A stretch of DNA of 64,000 nt from an uncultured Gammaproteobacteria bacterium (GTDB lineage Bacteria; Pseudomonadota; Gammaproteobacteria; Steroidobacterales; Steroidobacteraceae): positions 554,847 to 618,846 of the forward strand of contig CAVTID010000004.1 in NCBI GenBank assembly GCA_963734645.1, read 5' to 3'. Both the position numbers and the translations under genes were made by a program. Of this stretch, positions 51,992 through 61,283 are shown in pieces (the stretch's first letter is position 1; every line of letters starts with the position of its first letter). Under the pieces are notes generated by a model that was given only the letters and a program-made list of their open reading frames with translations, had not been told where the DNA came from and made no database searches.

Positions 51992-54442
51992 TCAGCGCAG
52001 GAGCGGAGCCAAGTACACCGCGGTCTTGCCGGCGCGGTTGGCAATAATGGTCTGGGGGATACCCGCTGCGACGATTTTGCCGCCGTCGTCGCCAGCTCCC
52101 GGGCCCAGATCGATAATCCAGTCCGCGGCCGCGGCGACCCGCATATCGTGCTCGGCGACTATCACGGTATTACCGGCATCTACCAAGGCCTCGAGTTGAA
52201 TCATCAACTTGTCCACATCCGCCGGATGCAGTCCGATGGTGGGTTCATCGATCACGTATAAGGTCGCGCCGCGCGGCATTCGCTGCAGTTCGGTCGCGAG
52301 CTTTACGCGTTGTGCCTCTCCTCCCGACAGTTCCGTCGCGGGTTGCCCAAGCTTGAGGTACCCCAAGCCGATATCCTGCAACAGTTGCAAGGGACGATGG
52401 ATGGTCGGGTACTCGGCAAAGAATTCGCAGGCCTGATCCACGCTCAAAGCCAGCACGTCGGCGATGTTCTTGCCGTGAAACAATACCTTGAGAGTGGCTT
52501 CATGGAATCGGCTGCCGTGACAAGTCGGACAGGGTGCATACACGCTCGGCATGAACAGCAGCTCGATGCTCACAAAGCCCTCACCCTCGCAGGTGGGACA
52601 GCGGCCGCCGGCAACGTTGAAGGAGAAGCGGCTGGCGGAATAGCGGCGCGCCTTGGCCGCCGCGGTGGCGGCAAACAGCCGGCGAACCTCATCGAAGAAT
52701 CCAATGTAGGTCGCCAAGTTCGATCGCGGCGTCCGGCCGATGGGCTTTTGATTCACGGCGACCAGTCGTTGCACCATGTCGGCGCCCGCCCCGACGCTTC
52801 CCTGGGTGAACTGCGTGACCCTCAGTTCCGGTTCCTCGGTCACTTCCTCTTGAAGATTCGCTTTTGGACCGACGAGCCGGTCCGCGAGCAGTTCAGTCAA
52901 TGCGGCGCTCACCAGGCTCGACTTGCCGGCGCCCGACACCCCGGTCACGACGGTGAACACGCCAATCGGAAACGACACATCGAGCGCGCGGAGATTGTTG
53001 CGCGTGACCTTTTTCAGTTCAAGCCACCCCCGCGGAGTGCGCGGCTGCCGTTGCACCGGCTGAATGTCGGCGAACAAGTATCGGGGCGTGTGCGATTCGC
53101 CGACGTCTCGCAAGCCAGCCGGCGGCCCGCTGTAGAGCACCCGGCCGCCGTCCGCGCCGGCGCCGGGACCCACATCCACGATCCATTCGGCGCGACGCAT
53201 GACATCGAGATCGTGTTCGATCACGAACAAGGAGTTCCCGGCGAGTTTGAGTTGCTCCAACGCCTGCAGCAGTGCCTGGATGTCGGCAGGATGGAGCCCG
53301 GCGGAAGGTTCGTCCAGGACATACACGACGCCGAATAGATTGGAGCGAATCTGGGTCGCCAGGCGCAGCCGTTGCAACTCGCCCGGCGACAAGGTGGGCG
53401 TGCTGCGCTCCAGCGACAAGTAACCGAGGCCCAAGTGCTGCAGAGTCACCACCCTGTCCATAAAGCTCCCTACGATTCGCTGCGCCGCGACCCGTTTCTC
53501 CTCCGACCAGAGTTTGCGGCCTGAGCCCCCAGCCGCGGTCTTCGTCAGAAGCGTCGCCAGATCGTCCAAGGGTAAGCGAGAGAGGGCGGCGATATCTTGG
53601 CCGGCAAAGGTGACGGAAAGGGCCGCCCGCATCAGCCGTTTGCCTTGACACACCGGGCAGAGGGCTGCGCTCATGAAACGCGCGGCGCGCTTTTTCATGA
53701 GCGGACTCTGTGTGGTTCGAAAGGTTTGCAGCACATACCTGCGCACCCCGGTAAAAGTGCCTTGGTAGCTCGGTTCCTCTTTACGGCGTAGCGCGCGGCG
53801 AGTCTCGGCGGGGGTGAAGCCTGCGTAGACCGGGACGGTGGGCTGCTCGTCCGTGTACAGAATCCAGTCGCGGTCCTTCTTCGGCAACTTTCGCCAAGGG
53901 GTATCGACGTCGTATCCGAGGGTCACCAGAATGTCGCGCAGGTTCTGTCCGTGCCAGGCGGGTGGCCACGCGACGATGGCGCGCTCGCGGATTGTCAATG
54001 AGCCATCCGGCACCATCGACGCCTCCGCCACATCGTAGATATGTCCGAGACCATGGCAGTTCGGGCAGGCGCCTTGCGGAGTATTGGGCGAGAAATCCTC
54101 GGCATACAGCAGCGGCTGGCCGCGCGGATAGTCGCCCACACGCGAGAACAGCATGCGGAGCAGATTCGACAGGGTGGTGACGCTGCCCACCGAGGAGCGA
54201 CTGCTGGTCGCACCGCGCTGCTGCTGTAAAGCGACGGCTGGCGGCAGACCCTCGATCGAATCGACATCCGGCACTGCTATCTGGTCGATGAGCCGGCGTG
54301 CGTAAGGGCTGACGGACTCGAAGTAGCGCCGTTGTGCCTCGGCGTACAACGTACCGAAGGCCAGTGATGATTTGCCGGAGCCTGAAATGCCCGTGAAAAC
54401 GACCAATGCGTTGCGCGGCACATCGACGTTGACGCTCTTCAA
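51992..54442 (-). CDS. UvrA paralogue (class II, no UvrB-binding domain); the true N-terminus extends upstream of the called TTG
   Basis: Two ABC modules (GISGSGKSSL, GVSGAGKSSL) and Zn modules (CPNCHGLG, CPVCQGKRL, CPTCEGEG, CPTCHGSRF). RVGDYPRGQPLLYAEDFSPNTPQGACPNC leaves no room for the UvrB-binding insert. The same frame upstream reads ..DNVVRVRGARTHNLK. Confidence 0.85.
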   Translation of the reverse strand: MKSVNVDVPRNALVVFTGISGSGKSSLAFGTLYAEAQRRYFESVSPYARRLIDQIAVPDVDSIEGLPPAVALQQQRGATSSRSSVGSVTTLSNLLRMLFSRVGDYPRGQPLLYAEDFSPNTPQGACPNCHGLGHIYDVAEASMVPDGSLTIRERAIVAWPPAWHGQNLRDILVTLGYDVDTPWRKLPKKDRDWILYTDEQPTVPVYAGFTPAETRRALRRKEEPSYQGTFTGVRRYVLQTFRTTQSPLMKKRAARFMSAALCPVCQGKRLMRAALSVTFAGQDIAALSRLPLDDLATLLTKTAAGGSGRKLWSEEKRVAAQRIVGSFMDRVVTLQHLGLGYLSLERSTPTLSPGELQRLRLATQIRSNLFGVVYVLDEPSAGLHPADIQALLQALEQLKLAGNSLFVIEHDLDVMRRAEWIVDVGPGAGADGGRVLYSGPPAGLRDVGESHTPRYLFADIQPVQRQPRTPRGWLELKKVTRNNLRALDVSFPIGVFTVVTGVSGAGKSSLVSAALTELLADRLVGPKANLQEEVTEEPELRVTQFTQGSVGAGADMVQRLVAVNQKPIGRTPRSNLATYIGFFDEVRRLFAATAAAKARRYSASRFSFNVAGGRCPTCEGEGFVSIELLFMPSVYAPCPTCHGSRFHEATLKVLFHGKNIADVLALSVDQACEFFAEYPTIHRPLQLLQDIGLGYLKLGQPATELSGGEAQRVKLATELQRMPRGATLYVIDEPTIGLHPADVDKLMIQLEALVDAGNTVIVAEHDMRVAAAADWIIDLGPGAGDDGGKIVAAGIPQTIIANRAGKTAVYLAPLLR

Positions 54443-54994
54443 ATTATGAGTGCGCGCGCCGCGAACGCGAACAACATTGTCGAGCGGCTCGGTCAGGACA
54501 AGGCCTGCGGGATCGTCACGGCATCACCGCCGCAAACGAACGCGATGGTACCGTTGGCGAGATGGTTCGCATGTGAGAACTGCAGATGCATGGTTCTTGG
54601 ACGAGAAGCCTTCTACGTAATGAGTTTAGCGCATAGTAGGCCAGATGGTGCCAAGGGCCTAGCGCGAAATCTGTATTGACAGAGGAAAGCGCCGGCCCGC
54701 CGAGAGTCGACGCAAGTATCTCTGATGCATGGCTGTCCTCGGGGAACTCGAAGGTTGGGCTTCGCTTGGTTGGCTTGATTCTGTTCGTTCTGGCGCCGCA
54801 TCTGCGCTTGTGCTTTCTGTGCGCTGCCGACGGCGATCGCCGATCGGCGCAGCAGTGCCCTGTACAGACGCGATCCGCGGCCGTTTGTCAGGGCACGCAT
54901 TTCGCACGCAACACGAGGCCGGCGACTGGGTACTGCGTCAAACCAGCGAAGCCGTTCGCCGTTCAGCATTTCTTGGGGATGTCCCGCGGGGCAA

Positions 54995-55008
54995 CTATCA
55001 ATTGATAG
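54995..55008. promoter_or_regulatory. perfect 14-bp palindrome ctatcaattgatag 23 nt upstream of the hydrolase start
   Basis: Read directly and self-complementary. It lies in a roughly 590-bp stretch with no convincing gene. Confidence 0.35.
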
Positions 55009-55030
55009 CTGTTGTTGTATCATAGAGCCG

Positions 55031-55825
55031 ATGGCGATCTTCCACGCGATGATTTCAATCTTGGGAGTATCGATATTGGTTTCGACCGGCACAGCCAAGG
55101 CCGCGATTCAACCTTCCGAGTGGCATTGGGCCAGCGTTCGCGGCCACAAAATCTACTACGCAGCGAAAGGCAATGGCCCGACGCTGGTGCTGCTGCACGG
55201 CGGGGGCGATTCCGGCGAAAACTCATTTGCGCGGCAACTCGACATCTTCGCGCAGACTCATCGCATCGTGGCGCCCGACCAGGTCGGCCAGGGCCATACG
55301 CCGGATGTGGCAGGCCCTCTGACCTACACCGCAATGATGGACGATACGGCAGCGCTGCTACAGCATCTCAGCCTCAAGCATGTCGATGTCATCGGGTTCA
55401 GCGACGGCGGTATCCTGGCGCTGATGCTTGCCGTCCGCCACCCTGAATTGGTGCGGCGCCTGGTCATCAGCGGGGTGAACATCTCGCCCGAAGGACTGGG
55501 TGCGGACAACCTAGCAACGCTGCGCACGACGCAAAATCCGCAACCCCAGACCATCGATGAAAAGCTCGCGCATCTGTGGCTGACATCACCCACGGAAGAG
55601 GAACTGAGCCTCGCCATGCTGGCAAAAATCGAGCAGCCGGTGCTGGTGATCTCCGGCGACCGGGACGCGGTCACGCTCGAACACACGTTGACGATTTTTC
55701 ATGCTTTGCCCGTGGCGGAATTGTGCGTGCTGCCGGGTACGCCGCACGCCACCTTTTCGGGCAGACCGGAATGGCTCAACCCCATCATCGGTGCCTTTCT
55801 CGACCGGTCGCTGAGTCAGCACTGA
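55031..55825 (+). CDS. alpha/beta hydrolase, secreted
   Basis: Intact 264-aa ORF with a signal-like N-terminus, HGGGDSG, and the nucleophile elbow GFSDGG. Confidence 0.85.
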   Translation: MAIFHAMISILGVSILVSTGTAKAAIQPSEWHWASVRGHKIYYAAKGNGPTLVLLHGGGDSGENSFARQLDIFAQTHRIVAPDQVGQGHTPDVAGPLTYTAMMDDTAALLQHLSLKHVDVIGFSDGGILALMLAVRHPELVRRLVISGVNISPEGLGADNLATLRTTQNPQPQTIDEKLAHLWLTSPTEEELSLAMLAKIEQPVLVISGDRDAVTLEHTLTIFHALPVAELCVLPGTPHATFSGRPEWLNPIIGAFLDRSLSQH

Positions 55826-55941
55826 CGTAAGGAGTCGGACGGCTCTTACACCATCACTGTCCGAGCGGAGCTTGAATCCGTTCGCTCACCCGGCCACAGT
55901 TCCTCGTGATCCTCAACCAGCGGAACGGAGGAATACAAATC

Positions 55942-56022
55942 ATGGGACGCGGAATACTTCTGTGGATGTTGGGTGTGCCTCTGCCGATTATTTTGTTGCT
56001 CGCCATGTGTTCGCATAACTGA
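55942..56022 (+). CDS. 26-aa hydrophobic micro-ORF
   Basis: Not in the ORF track because it is under 60 aa. ggagga at 55927-55932, then ATG. Sequence MGRGILLWMLGVPLPIILLLAMCSHN stop. It ends 10 nt before the next gene. Confidence 0.4.
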   Translation: MGRGILLWMLGVPLPIILLLAMCSHN

Positions 56023-56032
56023 GGCGCACATC

Positions 56033-56890
56033 ATGGTAGAACAAATAGCGAGTGGCCCGTACGCAGACGGCGGGGCGTCGGTCGCGCTGTCTTCCAAATC
56101 GGCGACATCGTGGCCGGCGATCATCGCAGGTGCATTTGTCGCGACTGCCGTCTCTCTGATTCTGCTGGCGCTAGGCTCCGGATTGGGCTTTGCCTCCATT
56201 TCGCCCTGGCCGAGCAAGGGAGTCTCAGGAACGACGTTCGCCGTCAGCACGGCGATCTGGCTGATTTTGACGCAATGGCTGTCCGCGGGCATGGGTGGAT
56301 ATATCGCGGGGCGCTTGCGGACCCGGTGGATCGGCACGCATACGCACGAGGTGTTCTTCAGGGACACCGCGCATGGTCTGATTACGTGGGCCGTAGCCAG
56401 CGTCCTCGTGGCGGCCACGCTTGCGTCAGCGATGGGTGCGGCAGGACATGCCATTGGCGCCGCAGGGCACGCGGCAGCCGCGGCAGCTGATGGCGCCTCA
56501 TCGCCTGGCGTCGCATATGATATCGACCGATTGCTGCGGCCTTCCGAGGCCGGTGCAAGCGCTCAACCGGCGTCCGATCCGCGGCCTGAGGTGGCCCGCA
56601 TCATGGGTAACGCCGCCGTGACCGGCAGTGTCCCCGACGGCGACCGCGCCTACCTGGCTCAGCTGGTCGCGGTGCGCACGGGCGTGACGTTACAGGACGC
56701 TCAGAAGCGGGTGGACGGCTTCATTTCAGACGTCACGGACGCGGAGGCGAAAGCAAAGACCGTCGCCGATGCGGCGCGTAAGGCAGCAGCCGAGGCGTCG
56801 CTCTATCTGGCGCTGTCATTGCTCGTAGGGGCGTTCATCGCCAGCGTGTCGGCGGCATTGGGTGGCCGACTGCGGGACGAGCATCCGTGA
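56033..56890 (+). CDS. hypothetical polytopic membrane protein
   Basis: ATG at 56033 within ORF 55973..56890. At least 4 TM helices, an Ala/Gly-rich linker, and a C-terminal TM (SLYLALSLLVGAFIASVSAALGG). No family recognised. Confidence 0.5.
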   Translation: MVEQIASGPYADGGASVALSSKSATSWPAIIAGAFVATAVSLILLALGSGLGFASISPWPSKGVSGTTFAVSTAIWLILTQWLSAGMGGYIAGRLRTRWIGTHTHEVFFRDTAHGLITWAVASVLVAATLASAMGAAGHAIGAAGHAAAAAADGASSPGVAYDIDRLLRPSEAGASAQPASDPRPEVARIMGNAAVTGSVPDGDRAYLAQLVAVRTGVTLQDAQKRVDGFISDVTDAEAKAKTVADAARKAAAEASLYLALSLLVGAFIASVSAALGGRLRDEHP

Positions 56891-56910
56891 TGGTCCATCC
56901 CTCGAGCGGG

Positions 56911-57766
56911 CTACCTTTGGCCAGTCGCAGCGCTGTGCATCGCCAGGCGCAGCAACCCCTCGAAGTCGTGCATTTTGTCGTCGAGTAGATTCAACTTGCG
57001 CGCCAGCCCTTGAATCTCGGTCTCGGAGCGGCGATTGACTTCAAAATCGAGCTCGCTGCGCAGCCGGTCTCGGGTGTTCTGCCGATTCTGGCTCATCATG
57101 ATCACCGGTGCCTGGATGGCGGCAAGCATGGACAGGAACAGATTGAGCAGGATGAAGGGGTAGGGATCCCATGCCCTCTTGTCCAGGAAGATGTTGGCCA
57201 GCGTGTAGAGCGCGAGCACGATCCCAAACAAGGAAATGAAGGCCCAGGATCCGCCGAATCCGGCGACCGCATCGGCGACCCGCTCGCCCAGCGTCGCTTC
57301 CTTCTCGATGATGTCGTTCGGATTGCGGCTGGCGCGGACCCTCGCCAGTTCCTGGGCGGCGTGGAATTGGCGGCCGAGCACCGTCAAGAGATCCATTCCG
57401 GCGTGAGGCTTTCGCTCGCAGCAGTACGGCGATGTCATTTCTGTCGATTTCCAGACAAGTGGATTCCTCGAGCGCGAGGGCGTTGGTGTGGTGCGGCGTC
57501 TGTTCGAGCATCGAGGCAAATCCGAAGATCTCGCCCGCGGACGGTTCATCGACGACCACTTCCTGACCGTCTTCGTCCACCGTGGAGACGCGGACCTTGC
57601 CCGAGATCATCACGTAGGCCTGGCCGCCCGGCGCCCCCATCTTGTAGATCCTTTCTCGCGCCGAAAATGCCTTGAGCTCGACTTGGCCGGCCAGTACCGC
57701 GGTTTCATCGTCATCCAGCAAGGCGAAGAGCGGCACGCTCTTAAGTAATTCCGGCTTGCAGGTCAT
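56911..57766 (-). pseudogene. cyclic-nucleotide-binding domain fused to a DUF1003 membrane domain, one frame switch near 57410
   Basis: The cNMP domain (VPLFALLDDDETAVLAGQV..GEIFGFASML) is in ORF 57041..57766(-). DUF1003 (GSWAFISLFGIVLALY..WDPYPFILLNLFLSMLAAIQAPVIMMSQNRQ) is in ORF 56911..57549(-). Confidence 0.8.
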
Positions 57767-57839
57767 GAGACATCTCCCTTGCTGAGTGGAATGCAGATGT
57801 AAGTCATCTTGGTGAAGGCTAGGTTACAATTTCCCGCGT

Positions 57840-58984
57840 ATGTTTACCGGAGTCGCGGTTTGTCTATTGCTGTTGCTTGCGGCGCCGGCAAGCGCACAGG
57901 ACGGCGTCGATTGGGTCGGCCGCTGGTTAATCGCGCGACGGCGCGGCGGTCGCCACCTATGCAGGCTCCACGGTGCGCCTCAGTTTCAGACACTCTTCGA
58001 GCGTTACGGCCGACCTGACCGTGCTCGAGTCCAGGGGCGCATCAGGATCTGTTCATTTCGGTTGCCGTCGACGGCGGAAAGCCGCTGCGCATGGGCCTGA
58101 GCCGAGGATCTCATGAGCGCGTCGTCCTGGCCTCCGGGCTCTCATCAGGCGCGCATCAGGTGGTCGTGAGAAAAGAGGGTGAGCCGGTGTTCGGCGCCCT
58201 GCGTTTTGCCGACCCGAAGCTCGATCTGGGCGGCCGCTGGCGCGCGGTGGCGGACGACAGGCCCATCGTGGAGGTCATCGGCGACAGCGATGCGACCGGG
58301 ATCTGTGCGCTGGGTCCCGACAGTCCGGCCGACGCCAGCAGCATTTATAACTCGCAGTGGGCATCGCAATCGATGTCCTGGGTCGGATTGCTCGAGGCGG
58401 AATTGGCGGGAGTGGGGCATCCCGTCGACATGGTCGACCTTGCCATATCGGGCTCCAAGACCGGTTCCGAGGCCAAGTCGTACGAGCCTCACGGCTCCCC
58501 GATACAGCGACGCCCCGTTTCTCGCCTATTCGCAATCCGACCGCGCGCATGCCTCGCTGGTGCTGATGTGGGGCGGCGCCAATGATCGTCATGGCGGGGG
58601 CGATACGGCGGCGAGTTGCCGGTCACCTACGAGCATCTCAGCAGTTCCAGAAGGGGGTCTACGATCAGATCACCGAAATCATTGCCCGCAATCCCGGACG
58701 CCAAGATCGTTCTGCTCGATTACATCGATCCGACCATCCCGGCCTGGAGAGCGGCCTACGACCAGGTGGTCGGCTTGCTGCCCGAGGAGCAGCAAAAGAA
58801 GATCCTCTTCCTGCGCGTGTACGACCCGAAGGGAAAGGCGGATGCCTGTGAGATCGATCCCAAAGGCCATCCCAACGTGTCCATGCATCAATCCTGGGCG
58901 GCGCAGATTTTCGCCTGGATGATGTCGCCGGATGTCTTTGGACGATTGGATTTCCCGAGCGGCGAACAATGGTATGACCGATGA
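57840..58984 (+). pseudogene. SGNH/GDSL hydrolase with CE2-like N-terminal domain, about six frame switches
   Basis: Signal peptide, then VDWVGRW. Block I IVEVIGDSDATG in ORF 58091... LVLMWGGANDR in ORF 58179... The tail ..IDPKGHPNVSMHQSWA is in ORF 58616..58984. Confidence 0.65.
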
Positions 58985-59841
58985 GCATATGGATCGGCGG
59001 TCAGCCAAAGGTGCATACTGCGGCGACAATGATTGAATCAAATCTGGATCCGTGGCCGGTTCAAGCGCTGGATGCCACGCTGGGAATGGCGGCGCGGGCG
59101 GCCCCACCCGCGGAGCTGCCGCCGCTGTGGCATTGGTTGTATTTCTTGCCCACCGCGGCGCGATCCGCCATCGGCCCCGACGGGCATATGGTCAATCAGG
59201 AGTGGGCGGATTCCACCCTGAGGCGGCGGCGCCTGTTCGCCGCCGCTCGGACGGAATTCATCCGGCCGTTGCAGATCGGGGTGCGGGCGCAAATGGCCGA
59301 GCGAGTGCTGGGACGGCGCGACACCCAGGGACGGCATGGGCCATTTCAAATTCTCACCGTGGAGCATCAGTACTTTCAGCATGATAGGCTGTGCGTGCGC
59401 GAGGAGCGGGATATCGTGTATCTGCAGGGTCCGGTGCCGGCCCAGCCGGCGCCGAACGATGAGTTCGCCACGAAGACCCCGGGCGCCGACCCATGGGCCC
59501 TGTCATTGACCCCGGACCCGGTCATGCTCATGCGGTTTTCCGCATTGACGTTCAATTCGCATCTCATTCATTTCGACCAGTTGTACACGCAGCGCGAGGA
59601 GGGCTATCCGGAACGCGTCGTGCAAGGGCCGCTGGTTGCCATCGTGCTGGCCCAGCTGTTGTCATCGAATCAAGTGGGCCGAATCGCCCGTTTCGAGTTT
59701 CGTGCGCGCAGCCCGCTCTATGTGAATCAACCCGTGCAATTCATGGGCAAACCCGAGCAGGATCGTGTGGAACTGAGAGCCATAGGGCCCTCCGGCATGC
59801 TCGCCATGCACGCCACGGCGTGGTTTGCGCAGACGACTTGA
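58981..59841 (+). CDS. MaoC/hot-dog acyl dehydratase (mesaconyl-C4-CoA hydratase/HTD2-like)
   Basis: Intact 286-aa ORF with LPPLWHWLYFLP and FSALTFNSHLIHFD..GYPERVVQGPL. The ATGA overlaps the preceding stop. Confidence 0.7.
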   Translation: MSIWIGGQPKVHTAATMIESNLDPWPVQALDATLGMAARAAPPAELPPLWHWLYFLPTAARSAIGPDGHMVNQEWADSTLRRRRLFAAARTEFIRPLQIGVRAQMAERVLGRRDTQGRHGPFQILTVEHQYFQHDRLCVREERDIVYLQGPVPAQPAPNDEFATKTPGADPWALSLTPDPVMLMRFSALTFNSHLIHFDQLYTQREEGYPERVVQGPLVAIVLAQLLSSNQVGRIARFEFRARSPLYVNQPVQFMGKPEQDRVELRAIGPSGMLAMHATAWFAQTT

Positions 59842-59861
59842 GCCGAGCTAGCATTGCCGCC

Positions 59862-59997
59862 ATGATCAAGATCAACCTCAAAACCAAGGACGGCACGTGC
59901 CCGAGCTACGAGTACCGCCCGCAGGGCGCCGGCCCCTGGCCCGGAGTGCTCGTCTTCATGGCTGGTGGCGCTGCTCGACGCGAAGCTGAAGCCATAA
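59862..59997 (+). pseudogene. dienelactone-hydrolase gene remnant with internal deletion
   Basis: The N-terminus MIKINLKTKDGTCPSYEYRPQGAGPWPGVLVFM is typical of the family. It is followed directly, out of frame, by a plausible C-terminus LVALLDAKLKP stop (TAA 59995-59997). About 200 codons are missing. Confidence 0.4.
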
Positions 59998-60011
59998 GGT
60001 CACGGCACCGG

Positions 60012-61283
60012 CTATTGAAACCCTGCTCCGCAGGCGGCCGCGCGCCCGAGCAACAAGCTGCGTTCGCGCCCATTCTTTGCCAGGGCCGCCGCGCGCCCGA
60101 ACTCCGTGCGGGCTTCGGCAAAGCGACCGAGCTTCTCGAGCAGATCGCCTCTGACGCTCGGCAGCAAATGGTAGTCATTCAGACGAGTATCGGCGGCCAA
60201 GGCATCCACCAGGTCGAGTCCGGCCGCCGGGCCGAAGGCCATGGACACGGCGACGGCCCGGTTGAGCTCGACCACCGGTGACGGCATGAGCTGTGCCAGC
60301 GCATCGTACAGTGCGACGATTCGATTCCAGTCGGTCTGCGCCGCGGTCGGTGCGCGCGCATGACAGGCGGCGACGGCCGCTTGCAAGGCATAGGGTCCGA
60401 GCGCACTGCCCAGCGTTTCGGAGCGCTGCAGAGCGGCGAGTCCCCGTCGGATGAGCAACTGATCCCAGCGTCCTCGATTTTGTTCCAGCAGTAGAATCGG
60501 ATCACCGGCCGCGTCGGTGCGCGCGCCGATGCGGGATGCCTGAATCTCCATCAACGCAACCAGGCCGTGCACGTCCGGCTCCCGGGGCACGAGTTCCGCC
60601 AGGATACGCCCCAGCCGCAGCGCCTCCTCGCACAGAGCCGGCCGCATCCAGTCATCGCCCGCTGTCGCGGCGTAGCCCTCGTTGAATATCAGATAGATCA
60701 CCTCGAGCACCGAGGACAGGCGCTCGGCCCGCTCTTCGGCGCGCGGCACCTCGAATGGGATGCGCGCCTCGGCGAGCGTGCGCTTGGCGCGTACGATCCG
60801 CTGGGCAATCGTCGGCTCCGCCACCAAAAAGGCCCGGGCAATTTCCGCCGTGGTCAGGCCGCCGAGCAGACGCAGCGTGAGCGCGGTGCGCGCCTCGGTC
60901 GCGAGCACCGGATGACAGGCAATGAAGGTCAGGCGCAGCACATCGTCGCCGATATCATCATCGGCCGCCTCCTCGGGTTGCGGGGCTGCCTGACCCAGCA
61001 GCGGCGCTTCGAGTGCGATGGCCGTGTTCTTGCGCTCCACCAGCTTGCGCCGCCGCAGTTCATCGAGCGCGCGGTTCTTGGCGGTGGCCATCAGCCAGGC
61101 GCCCGGATTATCCGGCGAGCCGGTGCGCGGCCACTGCTCCAGTGCCGACACGAGTGCATCCTGTGCCAACTCTTCGGCGAGCCCGACATTGCGCAGCATT
61201 CTGGCCAGCTTCGCGATGATTTTGGCCGACTCCATGCGCCAGACCGCCTCCACCGTGCGGTGAATGCCGGATTCGTAATTCAA
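60012..61283 (-). CDS. ECF sigma factor with a long C-terminal extension (ECF42-like)
   Basis: ORF 60012..61382(-). The likely TTG start at 61283 overlaps the upstream stop (TTGA). Sigma-2 region (VEAVWRMESAKIIAKLARMLRNVGLAEELAQDALVSALEQWP), sigma-4 region (LGGLTTAEIARAFLVAEPTIAQRIVRAKRTL), then about 230 aa of helical-repeat tail. Confidence 0.8.
   Translation of the reverse strand: MNYESGIHRTVEAVWRMESAKIIAKLARMLRNVGLAEELAQDALVSALEQWPRTGSPDNPGAWLMATAKNRALDELRRRKLVERKNTAIALEAPLLGQAAPQPEEAADDDIGDDVLRLTFIACHPVLATEARTALTLRLLGGLTTAEIARAFLVAEPTIAQRIVRAKRTLAEARIPFEVPRAEERAERLSSVLEVIYLIFNEGYAATAGDDWMRPALCEEALRLGRILAELVPREPDVHGLVALMEIQASRIGARTDAAGDPILLLEQNRGRWDQLLIRRGLAALQRSETLGSALGPYALQAAVAACHARAPTAAQTDWNRIVALYDALAQLMPSPVVELNRAVAVSMAFGPAAGLDLVDALAADTRLNDYHLLPSVRGDLLEKLGRFAEARTEFGRAAALAKNGRERSLLLGRAAACGAGFQ

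Noticed and set aside
54613-55098. 161-aa minus-strand ORF in the uvrA-hydrolase gap
   Set aside because: It has no start context or recognisable motif and low-complexity composition. It also overlaps the hydrolase start. I kept only the observation that the region is unassigned.
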